The translations under genes were made by a program, and so were the position numbers. Under the pieces are notes generated by a model. It did no database searches. It saw nothing but the letters and a program-made list of their open reading frames with translations, and was not told where the DNA came from. Positions 60,945-64,000 of a stretch of 64,000 nucleotides of DNA are shown here, one piece after another. Source of the stretch: Fibrobacteria bacterium (lineage in GTDB: Bacteria > Fibrobacterota > Fibrobacteria > UBA11236); the NCBI GenBank assembly GCA_043745805.1, contig JAYTSD010000004.1, forward strand, positions 213,150 through 277,149. Direction: 5' to 3'. Each line of letters opens with the position of its first letter. Position 1 is the stretch's first letter.

Positions 60945-62108
60945 ATGAACAAAGTTATTTCACCGAAAACAGTACTTATCCTTGGAGCTGGGGCAAGCCA
61001 TGACTGCGGCTTCCCCTTAGGTATTAAACTAATCGACCAAATCATTACGGCGCACCAGGATAAAAAGTTTGTATTATCACTTCGTCGAATTCTTTACAAT
61101 GCCCGAGATTATCTTCGTCGAAATAATCTTTTTGATTTACTTCCTCCCGAAATCGGAGTAGTTCTTTTAAGCCATCAACCATATAGAATATTTGATTTGA
61201 ATGATAAAATCCTTACTGATTGGGTGGTCACCTTAAACGTGTTCAAGTCCATCGACGAATTTATCTCGTACCATAAAAAATATTCGCTGTTGGCGAAGAT
61301 TTCTATCCTGCTAATTCTGTCGAAGTGTGAACTAAAGGAATTTTTTGACAACAGGCATCAAAATGATCAAGTGAAGTCCTATTTTGGACCAGAGCGAACT
61401 TGGTACAATGCCCTTTGGGGAAATATCACCAAAAAGGGGCCAACGTTTCAACAACTAGAAGAAATTCTTAAGACAATTCACATCATAACTTTTAACTATG
61501 ATCGCTCTCTTGAATTTTTTCTGGTGGAAGCAATAAAGAAATTTTTTCCTGAATCCGAGAAGCCTTATACCGATCTTCCAATCACTCACGTCTACGGGTC
61601 CCTTGGACAATTGGATACCCAAAGTGATCTTTTTAATCCATACCAGCAAGTTCCCTATATGAGTGGAAGCACTATTCCTGATGGTTTCCAAATGAATACA
61701 TTCAGTACCTACTTAGGGGAAAAGCAAGAAGATGCAATGCGGACAAAGTACGATGAGCATTTAATCAAATTGGCCACATCGATTGAAACCTATGGGAACG
61801 CCTATCCAATTGATAAAGCGGAAAAAATACAGCAGATGATTATCGAATCAAAAAACACCTACGTTTTTGGATTCTCTTTTGCTGAGCAGAACATGAAAAT
61901 CCTTTTCAAGGGAACTCCTAAGAGACAGCCCCAATGGATATCCAAAGGCACATTCGATGGCTCATGCTATGGAATTTCTAGAGAAATGCAGTTTGATCTC
62001 AAAACATTTTCGTCTAAGTATTTTAAAGGAACTTCTGATTTCTTAGACGATTCTAGAAGAAAAGTTTCTGTCGCAGATTTTTTCACCGACTATTCCATAA
62101 AGATTTAA
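60945..62108 (+). CDS. SIR2-like domain protein (unit 4)
   Basis: VLILGAGAS...FPLG, IITFNYDRSLE, HVYGSL, FGFSF..QN. Confidence 0.85.
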   Translation: MNKVISPKTVLILGAGASHDCGFPLGIKLIDQIITAHQDKKFVLSLRRILYNARDYLRRNNLFDLLPPEIGVVLLSHQPYRIFDLNDKILTDWVVTLNVFKSIDEFISYHKKYSLLAKISILLILSKCELKEFFDNRHQNDQVKSYFGPERTWYNALWGNITKKGPTFQQLEEILKTIHIITFNYDRSLEFFLVEAIKKFFPESEKPYTDLPITHVYGSLGQLDTQSDLFNPYQQVPYMSGSTIPDGFQMNTFSTYLGEKQEDAMRTKYDEHLIKLATSIETYGNAYPIDKAEKIQQMIIESKNTYVFGFSFAEQNMKILFKGTPKRQPQWISKGTFDGSCYGISREMQFDLKTFSSKYFKGTSDFLDDSRRKVSVADFFTDYSIKI

Positions 62109-62311
62109 AGCCGCTTTTTGAATATCATTTCAAAGTAAAACAAATTGCACACAAACGTTGCATGGTGAAATGCTATGCACTTCACCATACCTGAAGAAGC
62201 AATTAATTAATTACATGAAGAGGGGGCGGAAAGAAAAAATTATTTGTCATCCCCTGTGTGTGGGGGCAACTCGGACTGCGCGCCGAAGCGGCGCTTGCCG
62301 GCCTGCGGCGC

Positions 62312-62561
62312 ATGCAACACAGCCCAGGGTGCTCCGCACGGGTTTCCACCCGCGCTCCGGGGCTTCGCCCAAATGGTTTTTTGGATTGGTCCGGCTGTTC
62401 AAACTCCCTTTCGAGGCGGCGCGACGAAGCGTCGCTTGCTCTCAAGGGGTTTTCACAGCACGCTGCGGGCGTTCATTACGGGGGCTTCCGCCCCACTCCA
62501 TTCACGTCCTCGCGTTACGGCCCTAATCCAAAAAACCACTTCACCCTCTGCAACGTTATCC
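62312..62561 (+). repeat. attC-like site, long type, copy 2 (250 bp)
   Basis: ATGCAAC...GTTATCC; body near-identical to 57950-58199. Confidence 0.85.
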
Positions 62562-62740
62562 AAAAAACCGGGGGCAAGATTATAAAAGAAAATAGCGAAG
62601 ACCGGCCAGCGAAGAATCAAAGCAAAGACAATTAGCAAAAGACAAGAAGGAACGAAGAAACTAATTAGCGAAGACAAGACGCTGGCCGGAAGAAAGATCC
62701 TTCGTGGTCTATACCCTGGGCCCCCGTTTTTTCAGATAAC
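62555..62740 (+). other. ORF-less cassette-like unit 5
   Basis: Complementary arms 62555-62575 and 62720-62740 enclose an A-rich segment with an internal IR CCGGCCAGCG/CGCTGGCCGG. Confidence 0.75.
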
Positions 62741-62935
62741 ATCGCGCCATCGTGCTTCGCTCCGCCGTACCGGCTCCGCTCGGGGCTTCGCCCAAATGGT
62801 CTTGCAGGGTGGTTTGGGCATTTCCAATGCCACGCTCCGGGCGCCGCCTACGGGGGCCATACGGCCCCACTTCGGCGACGTCCTCGCGTACAAACCAACC
62901 CTGCAAGCCCACTTCACGCTGGCGCTACGTTGTAC
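62734..62935 (+). repeat. attC-like site, intermediate type (202 bp)
   Basis: AGATAAC-atc-GCGCCA...TGGCGC-tac-GTTGTAC; shares GGGGCTTCGCCCAAATGGT, TACGGGGGC, CGTCCTCGCGT and CCACTTCAC with the long type. Confidence 0.8.
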
Positions 62936-63030
62936 GCAATATGGCAGTTTAAAGTGTTGCCTTCCATCCCTTCGGGACGAAAGACAAAAAAAGAATTTAT
63001 TTTTTAATGGGGCGAATTATAATACCAAAA

Positions 63031-63600
63031 ATGAAAATCAAAAAAAATATTAGGAATAAACTTTATTTTGCATTCGCACTTATCATGTCAATTTTAGGAA
63101 TTTCCGCCTGTGGACCTCATTTGATCAACGAAAAGAAATTCTTAGAGGAAAATCCCTTAAAGGAAGATGATAGTGAAAAATACTCAATAGAAATTAGAGT
63201 CTGGCAAAACTGTTCCCTTTCCACATTTTTACTGTTATTATTTTGGAATAGCTGCGAAGAGAATTACACGGTATATGTCAAATTGGAAACGAAAGATGCT
63301 AATGACACTGGAAAATCCGTTTCCTTCGAAAGTGTGAAAGTTGAAGCAAATGGAATTGAAAAAGAACTCATTCCAAAAGATTTACCCCCTTCAATAATGA
63401 AATTTAAAAAAGACTATCGAGAAGGCATAGAAATATCCGAGGGCTTTTATGTAGGGAAAGAGTTCACATTCCAAGATAAAAATAAGATTAGGGTGAAATC
63501 GAAATTCAAGCTGATGGAAAAAAACCAATTTATTGAAAAAGATGGTTTATTTGTAGTAAAGAAAGAAAGAAAAATAGGTTTCATGTATTATCGAATTTAA
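63031..63600 (+). CDS. Hypothetical lipoprotein (unit 6)
   Basis: Basic N-terminus, hydrophobic core, ISAC lipobox; ATG 63031 lies just inside the left arm. Confidence 0.75.
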   Translation: MKIKKNIRNKLYFAFALIMSILGISACGPHLINEKKFLEENPLKEDDSEKYSIEIRVWQNCSLSTFLLLLFWNSCEENYTVYVKLETKDANDTGKSVSFESVKVEANGIEKELIPKDLPPSIMKFKKDYREGIEISEGFYVGKEFTFQDKNKIRVKSKFKLMEKNQFIEKDGLFVVKKERKIGFMYYRI

Positions 63601-63644
63601 AATCAAAAAGACGCCCCATTAAAAATCAAGAACTGCCATACGGC

Positions 63645-63700
63645 GTACAACATGCGCCATAGCAAAATGATTTCACTTCGCTATGGCGCGAACGTTATGT
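63645..63700 (+). repeat. attC-like site, short type, copy 2 (56 bp)
   Basis: GTACAAC-at-GCGCCATAGC-aaaatgatttcacttc-GCTATGGCGC-gaac-GTTATGT; body differs from 60788-60843 only in 2 loop bases. Confidence 0.85.
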
Positions 63701-64000
63701 GAAAGTTTGCCTAAAAGTGTTGCCGGCCGAACTTGCAGTTCGCCCGGCAATTTTATTGAGATGAATTCTATTATGGGGCGGGGAAGAGAAGAAATTACGA
63801 ATTACGAAAGAAAAGACGCACGCCGGAAAGAGAATTGCAAACCGAACATCTTTTCAATACCTTATTGTGCGAACGGTCTAAATGTTTCACTATTTTAGAC
63901 CCTGCTCTTATCGGCTTAAATTCGAACCAGCTATGCTGCTAATTTAAGTTTAAAAAAATCATTTGGCGACATCATTCCTAATCCCGAATGTGGCGCATAG

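Larger units (their letters stand above)
56488..64000 (+). mobile_element. Integron-like cassette array (at least 7 units, runs off the window)
   Basis: Co-oriented ORFs separated by AAC...GTT hairpin sites. Each unit's leading GTTNNNN is complementary to its trailing NNNNAAC. Confidence 0.85.

Noticed and set aside
62158-62164. Second GTTGCAT after the SIR2-like gene as another site
   Set aside because: No preceding NNNNAAC-hairpin body with the conserved motifs; the 60837 copy has the full multi-block arm match.
57950-62561. 250-bp repeats as IS/MITE copies or composite-transposon ends
   Set aside because: No target-site duplications or transposase; flanks follow the cassette core-complementarity rule instead.
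62158-63053. Cluster of short ORFs on both strands
   Set aside because: They lie over the second 250-bp site, the ORF-less unit and the 202-bp site; R/A/P/G-rich translations, no RBS.
56488-64000. CRISPR array interpretation of the repeats
   Set aside because: Repeats are 32-250 bp, separated by gene-sized units of variable length; no cas genes.

Overview
AT-rich bacterial chromosomal window, probably Fibrobacterota (inferred from two TIGR02147-like regulator plus lipoprotein pairs and many secreted proteins). Bases 1-55080 are mostly housekeeping and envelope genes: PMM/PGM end, dusB, glyA, argJ, greA, holA, KaiC-like ATPase, Ser/Thr kinase, RluA, rlmH, UvrD, HD-GYP, tRNA-Glu(TTC), ABC-2 exporter, GH84, tkt, PBP, an Mla/Pqi/TolC cluster, cysE and pdxB. 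A three-gene module at 9786-12821 resembles Zorya type III but has no MotA/MotB-type stator. From 55.5 kb to the end lies the main finding, an atypical integron-like platform. An intact tyrosine recombinase lacking the IntI-specific insertion is followed, in the same orientation, by an attI-like GTT and at least seven cassette-like units. The units are separated by hairpin sites of the form NNNNAAC...GTTNNNN (32-250 bp). Each complete unit is bracketed by long, unit-specific complementary arms. Two units share the same arms but carry different cargo containing decayed canonical attC sites, one unit is ORF-less, and the cargo includes SieB-, RES- and SIR2-like candidate defence genes. All family calls are by-eye motif recognition; no searches or folding programs were run.
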